In this document: positions 49,606 through 61,992 of the stretch, one piece after another | Layout: every line of letters begins with the position of its first letter | How positions within the stretch are numbered: position 1 is the stretch's first letter | Origin: Octopus sinensis | Lineage: Eukaryota | DNA: 64,000 bases | Direction of reading: 5' to 3' | Assembly (NCBI RefSeq): GCF_006345805.1 | Contig: NC_043015.1 | Location: forward strand, 51,026,001 to 51,090,000 | Position numbers and translations under genes: made by a program | Notes under the pieces: generated by a model | Told to the model about the DNA's origin: nothing | What the model saw: only the letters and a program-made list of their open reading frames with translations | Database searches by the model: none

Positions 49606-49960
49606 GCTGTGTGGTAAGTAGTTTGCTTCCCAACCAAATGGTTCTGGGTTCAGTCCCACTGCGTGGCACCTTGAACAAATGTCTTCCACTGTAACCCATG
49701 GCTGATCAAAGCCTCGTGAGTGGATTTGGTTGATGGAAACTGAAAAAAACCTGTCATATGTGTGTGTGTGTCTTTGTGTCTGTGTTGGCATGTTTATGTC
49801 CCTGTAACTTAGTGGTTCAGCAAAAAGAACTGACAAAATAATTGTCAAGCTTTAAAAAAGAAAAAAAAAAGTCCTGGGGTCAATTTGTTCAGCTAAAATT
49901 TTTCAAGGTAGTACCCCAGCATGGCCACAGTCTAATGACTTAAGTAAAAGAATGAAAGAA
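49606..49960 (+). mobile_element. SINE family A
   Basis: gctgtgtggtaag...ggttcagtcccactgcgtggcacc...ccagcatggccacagtc. Confidence 0.85.
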
Positions 49961-50134
49961 TATGAAGGGATTCTTTTCAGGTTCTGTCTACCCAAACCAC
50001 CTCAAGGATTTATTTGGCCGAGGGTGGCAGGGGTCTGTGGATGTGTGGGGGTGGTGGTCTGTAGTAAAAGACACTTGTGCAAGGTGATGCCGAGAAGGCA
50101 ACTGTCTTCTAGATGCAAACACCCCAATATATAT

Positions 50135-50360
50135 TTCTTTATTGCCCACAAGGGGCTAAACATAGAGGCGACAAACAAGGACAGACAAAGGGATTAAGTC
50201 GATTACATCAACCCCAGTGCATAACTGGTACTTTATTTATCGACCCTGAAAGGATGAAAGGCAAAGTTGACCTCGGTGAAATTTGAACTCAGAACGTAAT
50301 GGCAGACGAAATGCCACTCAGCATTTCGCCCGGCGTGCTAACAGTTCTGCCGGCTCACCT
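50135..50360 (-). mobile_element. SINE family B, full length
   Basis: ttgcccacaaggggctaaac...gcccggcgtgctaacagttctgccggctcacc. Confidence 0.9.
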
Positions 50361-50501
50361 CCCAATATAGGTTTATCTAAGTTCCTATAATTTCATACTG
50401 TTATGTCTTTCAGCCATATTGATACTAGTCCACCAAAGCCATACACCACCAATGTTCTTTGTTACAAACTTCTGGATTTACAGTGATCCGGATTAAAACC
50501 T

Positions 50502-50903
50502 TCTCTTTTACTCTTTTCAGACATTTGACTGTGGCCATGCTGGAGCATCGCTTTAGTTGAGCAAATCGACCTCAGGACTTATTCTTTGTAAGCCTAGTAC
50601 TTATTCTATTGGTCTCTTTTGCCGAACCACTAAGTAACGGGGACGTAAACACACCAGCATCGGTTGTCAAGCAATGTTGGGGGGACAAACACAGACACAC
50701 AAACATATACACACATATACACACATATATATATATATATATACATATATACGATGGGGTTCTTTCAGTTTCTGTCTATCAAATCCACTCACAAGGCTTT
50801 GGTTGGCCCGAGGCTATAGTAGAAGACACTTGCCCAAGGTGCCACACAGTGGGACTGAACCCGGAACCACGTGGTTCGTAAGCAAGCTACTTACCACACA
50901 GCT
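50502..50903 (-). mobile_element. SINE family A, full length
   Basis: Canonical family A sequence. Confidence 0.9.
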
Positions 50904-51208
50904 CATAAAATTTCATGTTAATTTGCGTTCCAAAATCTGTTACTTTAATTAGTTCTTCATCATTTTCTAAATGAATTGAAACAAAGAACTGTGTCTCTCT
51001 CTCTCTCTGTCTCCCCGTCTCTCTTCTAATATTTCTTTGTGCTTATCCTTTTCTTTCTTGATGCTCTCTATTTCCCTTTCCTCTACATCTCTTGCTCTAC
51101 GCATACACACACACACACATGACCCCCTCCTCCTGCTCCTCTTCCCGATAGTTTATATGAAAGAATAGTTGGAGGTGAAAAATCAGCCAGAATTCAAAAT
51201 GGCTTTTC

Positions 51209-51390
51209 ACGATAGCTAAGTGGAATATTGAAACAGTAATAAGCCATGATATGGCAGGTAAATCTCAAAGATGTGCTACATTTGTAGAAATGGAGCTTGA
51301 AAGATACTGTGTTGATATGGCAGCCCTGCAGGAAAACATGATTCTCTAACTGAGAAAGTCTCACATTTTGGAATGGAAAGACCAATTTAC
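51209..51390 (+). mobile_element. RTE-like LINE, N-terminal APE endonuclease fragment
   Basis: Reads TIAKWNIET...RCATFVEMELERYCVDMAALQE, matching the WN..T and EL.RY.VD.AAL.E motifs. Confidence 0.7.
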
Positions 51391-51859
51391 TAATTCTTGT
51401 GGTGATTATAAGCCAAATGTACTGAAAGTATAAATGGTGAATATTCCTTTGTGTATCTTATGTATGACCTTTAGCATTTTTACACACAGCTAGTCCGTCA
51501 TCTCTGTAAAAGCCGAAGTCTCTAGCAATAAATATCTTACTTAAAGTATTCAAGATGTGTGTAATTCTTTAAGTTTGCACACCCATACACACACAGACAC
51601 ACACATACACACACACACACACACACAAACACACATACACACACAGAGTGATATGAGGTTAAAGTGTCAATAGATGTAGAGAACAAGAGAAAGAGAGATG
51701 GTGGTTGTTACAGAAGGCGGGATCTTGTGGGGCAGTCTGAGAATGGGGCTGACACCATAGCACTAGTTGTAAGAGGAATGCATCGAAGTAGACTCTATGG
51801 AATGTGATGGTGGTTTGTACCTGTTAGGATAATACAACTTTTTGGGGTATCTTAGAAAT

Positions 51860-52170
51860 TTTTGGGAATAATTTAATTAAAATCAATTCTTTAGAGGTAA
51901 TTAATTAGGAAGACACATGGTTTTTCCAGGTTCCATAGGAATTTACTTAAAAACAAGATCTGCTTTGTCTTGGAGGAACAATTTAACTAAAAACACAATT
52001 AAGAATTAATCAATTAGAACACCTGGTTTTCTTGAGATACATAGAAATTAAGTAAAGAAAAAGCACAAACAAGCACAGCATTGACTTATGGGAATAATTT
52101 GACTAAAAACAATTTGTAAGAAGTAACAAATTAATTAATAGATTCTAATTGGTGGTGGTGGGAAACAAAC
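51860..52170. repeat. Unclassified AT-rich interspersed repeat with internal subrepeats, copy 1 (related to 55330-55695)
   Basis: Recurrent ggga(a)taattt(a/g)actaaaaacaatt...aagaagtaattaatt; shared end aattaattaat..tctaattgg. Confidence 0.6.
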
Positions 52171-52249
52171 AGAACAAAGTAGGGTTGCTTTTGCTGTAGA
52201 TTAGTAAGGGTAAGGCACGTGTTCCTTTGTTGATAACACAAATATAAGG

Positions 52250-52915
52250 GATAGCAGGGGAGAGAGAAAATAAAGGACCAAGAGATAGATAGAAGGATAG
52301 CAGGGGAGAGAGAAAATAAAGGACCAAGAGATAGATAGAAGGGTAAGTAGACAGATAGATAGATAAAAAGATAAGTAGACAGACTGACTGACAGACAGAC
52401 AGACAGACAGACAGATAGATAGATAGATAGACAGACAGATAGATAGATAGGCGGACAAATAGATAGATAAATATATATAGATAAATAAATAGATAGATAG
52501 ATAGATAAGTAGATAGACGGACAGACAGATGGATATAAATATAGATAGATAAATAAATAGATAGATAGATAGATAAGTAGATAGATAGATAGACAGACAG
52601 ACAGATAGATAGATAGGCGGACAAATAGATAGATAAATAAAGAGATAGATAGAAGGGTAAGTAGACAGATAGATAGATAGGCGGACAAATAGATAGATAA
52701 ATAAAGAGATAGATAGAAGGGTAAGTAGACAGATAGATAGATAGGCGGACAAATAGATAGATAAATAAAGAGATAGATAGATAGACAGACAGACAGATAG
52801 ATGGACAGATAGGCAGGCAGACAGGCAGGCAGACAGGCAGGCAGACAAACAGGCAGATATACAGGTAAAAAGACAGAGAGACAGACAGGCAGACAGATAC
52901 ATTGATAGATAGAAA
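52250..52915. repeat. (GATA)n/(GACA)n tract preceded by a 46-bp tandem duplication (52250-52341)
   Basis: Direct reading. Confidence 0.9.
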
Positions 52916-53082
52916 GGACATACATATGCTGGAAAAATTACTGTAAAATCCCTGTATTATACATTTTTATGTATAATAAACGTCAATTTTTTAAACCTAA
53001 ATTCTCTTAAAGACCTGAAATGTTTGTACAACAAATATTGTCACCCAACTACTACAATAATGCATAATGTATTTTAATACAA

Positions 53083-53182
53083 TGCGTGGCACCTTGGACA
53101 AGTGTCTTCTACTAATAGCCTCATGCTGACCAAAGCCTTGTGAGTGGATTTGGTAGACAGAAATTGAAAGAATCCCGTCATT

Positions 53183-53223
<41 letters not shown>

Positions 53224-53426
53224 CTGTGTTTGTCACCCCAACATCGCTTGACAACCGATGCTGGTGTGCTTGCGTCCCCTGTAACTTAGTGGTTCAGCAG
53301 AAGAGACCAGTAGAATAAGTACTAGGCTTACGAAGAATAAGTCCAGGGGTCGATTTGCTCGACTAAAGACGGTGCTCTGGCATGGCCACAGTCAAATGTC
53401 TGAAACAAGTAAAAGAGAGTGAAGAG
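53083..53426 (+). mobile_element. SINE family A, 5'-truncated
   Basis: tgcgtggcaccttggacaagtg...gtcaaatgtctgaaacaagtaaaagagag. Confidence 0.85.
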
Positions 53427-53640
53427 TATATAACCTTTTTTTCTGTGGACACAAGGCCTGAGATTTTGGAGTAAGGGCTTGATGAGTACATCAAGTGTTC
53501 AACTTGATGTACACAACTTAAAAGGATATTTGCATAGTATTCAAATAGAAGGGGCATTTTCCTTGTTTCTGCATGTCTCTTCCTCTTTTTTTTACTCTTG
53601 TGGGTTCGAGGTTGTTGTGAATTCTTGGCAGGGAAGAGAA

Positions 53641-54900
53641 AGAATAGTAAAAGAATGCGCGAGTGGTATGATAGTGGTAGGATGTTAAATGGTCAAGTGC
53701 CCTGAATGTAACTTGTTGTGGATGGTAGTAGTGATTGAATTCTTGAGGTATCTCTTTTAAATGTATTGTTTTTAATATTTGCGTGGGTGTTATTCTAAGC
53801 AGGAGTATCAGTAAAGTAAGGAAGGAGGTGGTGAAGAAGAAGAAGAAAAGGGGTAGGAGAAGAAGAGAAAGAATAATGAAAGAATGCGGGAGTGGTATGA
53901 TAGTAGTTGGATATTAAATGGTCAAGTGACCTAAAAGTGACTCATAGATTCTAGTAGTGATTGGGACTGTTTTTAATGAATTCTTGGGTATTTCTTTTGA
54001 ATATCATTTTTAATATTTATGTGTCTGTTATACTAAGGTCATGGTGGATATTTCATTTGTTGTAGATGTGTTCAGAAGGGGTATGTATTTTGTGATAAAG
54101 AATGACTCTTTACTAATTTGTTGGCTACAGGTTGTATTGTCCTTAAATTGATAGAGGGGAAAAATTCTGAAGCTTGGATCTTTGTTATTGGTGCAAATGT
54201 CGATGAGTTGATTGAATGCTATTTTTCTTTTTTTTTTTAATTTTGATCTAGGATCTGTGCAGAGCCATCCTTTGACATAGACTGTTTTTTGTTTGGCCTA
54301 TGTATTGCTCTTGACACCCAGAGCAGGTTAGTATGTATATCATGTTCTCCGAAGCACATGTGAAGCTGCTTTTCACTGTGAAACATTGTCCCTATTTGAA
54401 GGGGAATTCTGATCCCTCAATTAAATTGACACATATCCCACAGTTGGGTCTTATATCTAATATAATAAATGCAAATGTCAATGTGTCACACTTTTTCAGT
54501 TTTACTCCTAGAGGCTGTAGCCCCCAACATATCATACCATTTTGGAATCAGGCCAACTCAGTGAGTAAATTATGAATATTCAGGGCCGAATCTGGACCCA
54601 CAATCCTGAAATTTTGGATTCCCAAGTTTTCATTGCTGTGATTGTTTACGGAGATTTTCTCACATGATTTTTTGCGATGAACTTTTGTTTTTGTACGATA
54701 ACAATTTTTATAACTTGGAACTGTATTTTGGTATTAATTGAAATTTATTGTGAAATCCATTGATTATTTTTGGTGATTATTTTTTACATGACTTTTTGTG
54801 GCAAATATGATCATCATTGGGATATGACTCTGGAGGAAGTAATTGCAACAAATTCTTCAAAACAAGTTAGAGATCTGTTTACAGATCTTCCCATTCAGGG
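53641..54900 (-). mobile_element. Penelope-like element 3' half: Cys-rich linker, GIY-YIG endonuclease and 3' region (Neptune-like)
   Basis: 54451 down to ~54030 reads RPNCGICVNLIEGSEFPFK*GQCFTVKSSFTCASENMIYILTCSGCQEQYIGQTKNSLCQRMALHRS*I...FRIFPLYQF...KESFFITKYIPLLN. Confidence 0.9.
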
Positions 54901-54904
54901 TCAG

Positions 54905-54973
54905 TAGCTTAAAAGCTATATACTAGCTTAAAAGCTATATACTAGCTTAAAAGCTATATACTAGCTTAAAAGC
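54905..54973. repeat. 19-bp minisatellite (tagcttaaaagctatatac), ~3.6 copies
   Basis: Direct reading; each unit contains the hairpin tagctt-aa-aagcta. Confidence 0.95.
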
Positions 54974-55329
54974 CACCTGATAGGTAATCTGTACACCAAA
55001 GGGTTAAGGCAGATTTTCTATGGTCAAGTATCTTTCTTTTTGCCAAGCATCATCTTTTCAAGCAAGATAGTATTTCCCTTGGAAACGAATGGCAGTAATC
55101 CACTTAATGGCCTCAGGGGAAGGTACAGGCTCTCCCAGGTCATATAGAGAGTGCTGGAGAAGGTTAACATGCATAATACCTGCGCAAGAGCAGACCACCC
55201 TTTGAATAGGCCATCGTGATATGCACTCCCTAATTGTAACATTGATTTTGGTGCCAAAAAAAGTATTATATTTTTGTGTTGAATGGTAACCAAGTAAATA
55301 AGTGTTTTTGGTGAATGAAAAAAAAATTG

Positions 55330-55695
55330 AACAGTCTTGACTTAGGGAAATAATTTATCTAAAAACCAATTCTTAAAAAGTAATTAATGACTTTGGTGAT
55401 GCAAAACAAAAAAAAAAAAGACTATATGGCCATTTCGGTTCCTTAGATATTTCCTGAAAAACAAGATTGGCCTTGACTTAGGGGAACAATTTCACGGCAG
55501 ACAATTCTTCAGAAGCAATTAATTGGAAGAACTCATGAATGTTTAGAGATGGCAGGTTCCGAAGAAACTGAGAGCAAAACAAGAATGGCTTCGTTTTTGG
55601 GAATTTAGGGGACTAAAAACAATTTAATTGAAAACAATTAAGAGGTAATGAATTAATTAATTAATTGCCTCTAATTGGGGGGCAGTGGGGAAAAT
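55330..55695. repeat. Unclassified AT-rich interspersed repeat, copy 2
   Basis: ttgacttaggg(g)aa(a/c)aattt occurs twice; ends aattaattaattgcctctaattggggggcag. Confidence 0.6.
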
Positions 55696-55994
55696 AAGCT
55701 GATGAAAGTGTTGTGTGTGTGTGAGTGTGTGTTGGGAGGGAGTGTTGCTGTAGCATGGTCAGGCCCTGTCTTTCTGAAAGATTGTTGGATTGCTTTGTAA
55801 ATCTTCACATGATTGTTGTTGGTTTGGCGTTTATTTTTGAAATATGTTCCTCAACAACTGAGCCATTACTGGCTACAGCAAGACCCCCCTCCTCCTCTCT
55901 TGCCCCTCCCCTGTCCTTTCCCTCCCCTCTACCCCTCTTCTGCCCCTCCACCCAGTACTTTAAGCAATCAGGTGATTTCATTTCTCTTTCTATA

Positions 55995-56123
55995 TTCATG
56001 TGTTTGTGTGTATGTATATATGTATGTTTGCTTATATATATGCATGTATATACGTGCGTGTGTATGCACATATATGTTTATGTGTGTCCCTATATGCAGG
56101 TATGTGTATGTATATGTATGTAT

Positions 56124-56176
<53 letters not shown>

Positions 56177-56291
56177 TGTATATCTGCATATACGTGCTCA
56201 TGTATGTATATATATATATATATGTATATCTGCAATACGTGCTCATGTATGTATATATATATATATATATGTATATCTGCATATACGTGCT

Positions 56292-56334
<43 letters not shown>

Positions 56335-56569
56335 TTGTCTCTTGTCTGTTTGTCTCTCTTAATATATGTTTGTGTGTGTAGCTAATGTATATACATTTAT
56401 TAGTATGTGTTTACATTTATGTACATGCACGGTTATAAATGTCTGTGTTCGCATACGCATATATTTCTGCATTCTTATAAACGTATGAGTGTGTACATAC
56501 ACACACACATACACACACACATATATATATGTATGTATATGTATATATATACATTCATATATATATATA

Positions 56570-56609
<40 letters not shown>

Positions 56610-57215
56610 CATATATATATATATGTATATATATATATGTATGTAAACAATGTATATATATGTGTATATGGATGTATGTGTATATATGTATGTATGTATA
56701 TATATACATGTGTATATATAAATACATGTGTGTATATATACATGTGTATATATATATATATGTATATATATATATGTATATGTACATATATATGTATGTA
56801 TATATATATATATATATATGTACATGTATATGTATGTATATATATATATGTATATGTACATGTATATGTATATATATATGTATATGTACATGTATATGTA
56901 TATATATATATGTATATGTACATGTATATGTATATATATATATGTATATGTACATGTATATGTATATATATATGTATATGTACATGTATATGTATGTATA
57001 TATATGTATATGTACATGTATATGTATATATATATATGTATATGTACATGTATATATATATATGTATATGTACATGTACATGTATATATATATATGTATA
57101 TGTACATGTACATGTATATATATATATGTATATGTACATGTATATGTATGTATATATATGTATATGTACATGTATATGTATGTATATATATGCATATATA
57201 TGTATATGTATATGT
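55995..57215. repeat. (TA)n/(TG)n field with higher-order units (tatatgtatatgtacatg; three ~42-bp units at ~56172-56300)
   Basis: Direct reading. Confidence 0.9.
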
Positions 57216-57469
57216 AACATGAAGGTAATTCAATATGTATGGCTTTGTGTTAGATGATCAGTAGGATGTGTAAAATCTGCATGTGATGTTTGTTTTAGAT
57301 GAAATTCTAGACGGGATGACAGCATTTGTTGTTTTATGAACTCTGTTGTTGTTAAAGGCTGCATGCAAGCTTCATATCTCTGCTCCTTGCATGTAATCAG
57401 TAACTTTAGAAATGAAGTTTCAGCTCTCCCCATCTCCTATCTCCCTCTTCATCATTTTTTTTTTGTCAC

Positions 57470-58165
<696 letters not shown>

Positions 58166-58544
58166 ACAAGTTATGTTGATTTATTGTTATGCAGTGTTAA
58201 CTAGAAGGAGTTAGTCCTTTGCATAATGGCTATCTTTTTACACGGCACTGTTTGTTGTGCACATCAAAGATTTTGACTCATATGTCGCGACCATAGTTGT
58301 GTTGGTATGGCATGTAATATAGGAATGAACAAAGCATGCTAATGGGAGATGGGCGAGGGAAGTTCTCTCTCTCTCTCTGTGGCTGGCAGCAATGCTGGGG
58401 GTGGTGGTAGTGGTGGTGGTGTTGGTTTGTTAGAACCTTCTGTGTGAGTGGTAGACCATAGAAGATATGAGATGAGGTGTGTAGATAAAATCTGAAAATA
58501 CCAGGCTTAGCTCTGTAGATGTAATGGCCTGACCAGGTACTCTT

Positions 58545-58830
58545 TCAGTTATGACAACTGTTCCAGTTGATTTGAATAATGCAACAGCCTGCTCATGAAA
58601 TTATCATGCAAGTGGCTGAGTATTTCACAGACATGTGTACCCTTAATGAAGTTCTCAGGTTGGCCCATTTGAATTACAGGTACAACTCATTTTTGCCTGC
58701 TGTGTGGACTGGAGCAGCAACGTGAGATAAAATGTCTTGTTCAAGGATATAATGCACCACTGGATATTGAACTCATGGTCTTATGATCATGAGCTGAATG
58801 CCCTAACCACTTAGCTATGTGCCTCCACTG
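58545..58830 (-). mobile_element. SINE family D
   Basis: tcttgttcaagga...ttgaactcatgg...ccctaaccacttagctatgtgcctcc. Confidence 0.7.
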
Positions 58831-59264
58831 ATTTGAGGATGCTACATTGAGCTGCATAGAAAGATGTATCACAAATTTGTCCATCTGATGCTAGCGTACA
58901 TGGAAAAATAGGTGTTAAAACTATGTTGAATAGCAATGAAAATCTCTTTTGGTAGAATGGTTCTATATTCCTGAGAAATTATGTATACTGTACATAATTG
59001 GTTATGTTTGAATATAAATACCTTGTGATATTTATATCTGATTTAATCATCCCTCTTTATGTCAGTATCTATTTTCTATATTTGTATTTTACAAGACTGA
59101 TGAAATAAATAGTGGATAAATTATTGGTGTGAATTTTACTTAAGTCTCTTGAAAGCCATCACACAACATGGTTGCTTTCCAATGATCGAAGCCAGTTAAG
59201 AAAAAGTATTGTCTTAAGGCTGAGGATTCATTGGGTTTATTATCTGGTTTTCATAGCATATAAG

Positions 59265-59845
59265 TAGTTGTGGCTGGTGCTGGTGGCACGTAGTGAAAGC
59301 ACTGGTGCCAGTGACACATAAAGGACCTGTGTCAGAGACACATAAAGCACTTGTGCCAGTGACACAGAAATCACCTCTGCTGGTGACACATAAAAGGTAC
59401 CCATTGTTTGTTCCTTCTCAAGCCATACCTGGTTCATAGGGCTTGTTTCCCAGTTTCCTTGGCATATAGGTTCCCCACCTGGACAGGATGCCGGTCTGTC
59501 GCAAGTGAGCTGCAAGAGCGAGAGAAACTTATGGCAAAAGAGTCAGCAGTAGTTCGCCGTTACCTTCTGCCGGAGCTGTGTGAAGCTTAGGTGTTCCACT
59601 CATAAACACACACATCACCCGGTCAGAGATTTGAACCCGCGATCCCTCGTCTGCAAGTCCGCTGCTCTAACCACTAGGCCATTTGCCTCCACAAAAGGCA
59701 CCCATTACACTCTGTAAAATAGTTGGTGTTAGGGAGGACATCCAGCTGTAGAAACGATGCCGAATCAGATTGGAACCTGGTGCAGCTCTCTGCCTTCTAA
59801 CCCTTGCATGGAAAGTGGATGCTAAATGATGGTGATGATGATGAG
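59265..59845 (+). mobile_element. SINE family C interrupted by a minus-strand SINE D (59405-59692)
   Basis: aaaagg(t/c)acccatt is duplicated on both sides of the D copy. Confidence 0.75.
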
Positions 59846-59849
59846 GGTA

Positions 59850-60050
59850 AGTGATTGAGATCACAGTACTCCCTCTGAATGGAATGCCAGTCCATCCCAG
59901 AGTTACACATTTACAGCTGAGTGGACTGGAGCAAAAGGGACAGAAGTGTTTTGTTCAAGAGCACAACACACTGCCCAGTCCAGGAATCAAAACCAATATC
60001 CTGCACTCATGAGTCCAACACCCTGACCACTAGGCCATGTGCCTTCACAA
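59850..60050 (-). mobile_element. SINE family D
   Basis: ttttgttcaagagcacaac...ctgaccactaggccatgtgcc. Confidence 0.7.
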
Positions 60051-60393
60051 AACCAGTAAAAGTAGTAAAGCTTTTAATCGAAAAGGAGGATGAAATAGTG
60101 TTATGACTGCCAGTGATTTTAAGAACTTTATCTCATGCAAATGAAAAAGAGAACAGAAAAATAAATAAGAGTTACCTATGAGTCTGCTCTTCAGTCTTTT
60201 ATATAAATTCCTCAACATGAGGAATTTGTGTAGGTACAGGAGTGTCTGTGTGGTAAGTAGCTTGCCTACCAACCACATGATTCTAGGATCAGTCTCACTG
60301 TGTGGCACCTTGGGCAAGTATCTTCTACTATAGTCTTGGGCCTATCAAAGCCTTGTGAGTGGATTTGGTAGATGGAAACTGAAAGAAGCCCAT

Positions 60394-60430
<37 letters not shown>

Positions 60431-60441
60431 TATATAGAAGG

Positions 60442-60492
60442 AGCTTCTACAGGACTAGTACTGTTTCATTCAAGAGAAATCTTCAGGAAGCT
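60442..60492 (-). ncRNA. Type I hammerhead ribozyme motif, identical minus-strand copy
   Basis: Mirror image of 60489-60539 within the perfect palindrome. Confidence 0.65.
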
Positions 60493-60539
60493 TCCTGAAG
60501 ATTTCTCTTGAATGAAACAGTACTAGTCCTGTAGAAGCT
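60489..60539 (+). ncRNA. Type I hammerhead ribozyme motif, plus-strand copy
   Basis: agcttc-CTGAAGA-tttc tctt gaat-GAAA-cagtactagtcctg-TA-gaagct: 6-bp stem I, weak stem II, near-palindromic stem III, GUA cleavage triplet at 60531-60533. Confidence 0.65.
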
Positions 60540-60621
60540 CCTTCTATATAATAAATTAATTTTACTCTGCTATGTATTGAGTACCTTACTTACTGTGGTT
60601 AACCCCGGATCAACCCGGGAC

Positions 60622-60653
<32 letters not shown>

Positions 60654-61639
60654 GTGTGTGTGTGTTTGTGTGTCTGTGTTTGTCCCCCTAACATCGCTTG
60701 ACAACCGATGCTGGTGTCTTTACGTCTTCGTAACTTAGCGGTCTGGTGAAAGAGATTGATAGAATAAGTACTAGGCTTACAAAGAATAATTCCTGGAGTC
60801 AATTTGCTCGAATAAAGATAATGCTCCAGCATGGCTGCAGTCAAACGACTGAATCAAATAAATGGATAAAGAAATACTTAATGCTAGAACTAATTCTCTC
60901 CCTTTAAGTTGCACTCTCTAGTGCAGTCATGAAAAATTCTAGATTAACATCCTAAACAGGCATCTTGTGTTCTAACCTTTATCCTTTGTCAGTTATAAGA
61001 GCATCATTAAAAAGGCATTTCTTTCCTTGGCTATTGTTGCTGGAAGTCTGATACACATTTTGTTTTATTTTGTTTCAATTTTATTTTGTCACCATAGCAT
61101 CATAAATGTAGTTTATTTGTAAACTAATTGCTTTAGACATCAGTTTTATACCGCAGAATATCAAATGAGTAATATTCGTTTAGAGGTCCAAACATATTTC
61201 TCATGTGTTGTTATGTTAATTGTTGGCGCTTTGCAGAAAATGATGTTTGTTGTAAGAGCTTATCATTTTATTAACAGAAGTTTCTACGTTGGAGGACTCA
61301 ATCATTCATGCCAGCAGCATCTGTTGCAGCATCCTGCAGTTTCTACGTGTCAGCTTCTTTTTAGATGATAAAGTGTTTTGGTATTACGGGGTTTGTTGTT
61401 GTTGGTTTTGTTTTCCTGAAAGGAAATATTTTTTTGAATTAAAAACATATCAAGTCAGATCCTAGCAGACACATTCCAACCGTTTTACGTTGTTGAATGC
61501 AAACGTTTATTCATGTGATTTCTATTAAGCCATGTGTCTTTGACTGGTTGAACATTTCCCTGTTAGCAGCTTACACAACAATGGTGTGTTCTGATTTTGG
61601 CATGAGGTCAGCAATTTTGAGGGGTGGGGAGTTAGTCAT

Positions 61640-61790
61640 ATCATCAGCCTCAGTACATGACTGGTACTTATTTATTTTATTGACCTCTTCCCCCACACTA
61701 CTAAAATGATGAGCGGAAAAGTTGACCTTAGTGGAATTTGAATTCAGAACTTAGAACCTGAAGAAATACTGTATGACATTTTTGTTCAAC
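61640..61790 (-). mobile_element. SINE family B fragment
   Basis: aaagttgaccttagtggaatttgaattcagaac. Confidence 0.65.
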
Positions 61791-61794
61791 TTGG

Positions 61795-61957
61795 CACCTC
61801 CTCCTCCCCCTCCTCCTCCTCTTCTTCCTCTTCCTCCTCCTCTTCCTCTTCTTCTTCCTCTTCTTCTTCCTCCTGTTCTTCTTCTTCTTCCTCCTCTTCC
61901 TCCTCCTCTTCCTCCTCTTCTTCCTCCTCCTTTTCCTCTTCTTCCTCCTGTTCTTCT

Positions 61958-61992
<35 letters not shown>

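Larger units (their letters stand above)
60425..60625. mobile_element. PLE pseudo-LTR fragment with an inverted partial copy (perfect 132-bp palindrome, 60425-60556)
   Basis: Base-for-base symmetry about aag|ctt (60490/60491); the right side continues ~70 bp; flanked by (TA)n. Confidence 0.7.
60233..60872 (+). mobile_element. SINE family A split by a PLE-derived insertion in its central (TA)n
   Basis: 5' half at 60233-60395 and 3' half at ~60650-60872. Confidence 0.85.

Noticed and set aside
53487-53511. Short hairpin tacatcaag-tgttcaa-cttgatgta
   Set aside because: A 9-bp stem at a SINE/PLE junction is too short to distinguish from chance or a repair scar
55024-55293. 89-aa minus-strand ORF next to the PLE remnant
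   Set aside because: No RT or other motif recognised in the frames I translated
60993-61125. Plus-strand acceptor with a branch-point-like ctaac, followed by a hydrophobic frame (YKSIIKKAFLSLAIVAG...)
   Set aside because: No partner exon or recognisable homology; such signals arise by chance in T-rich DNA
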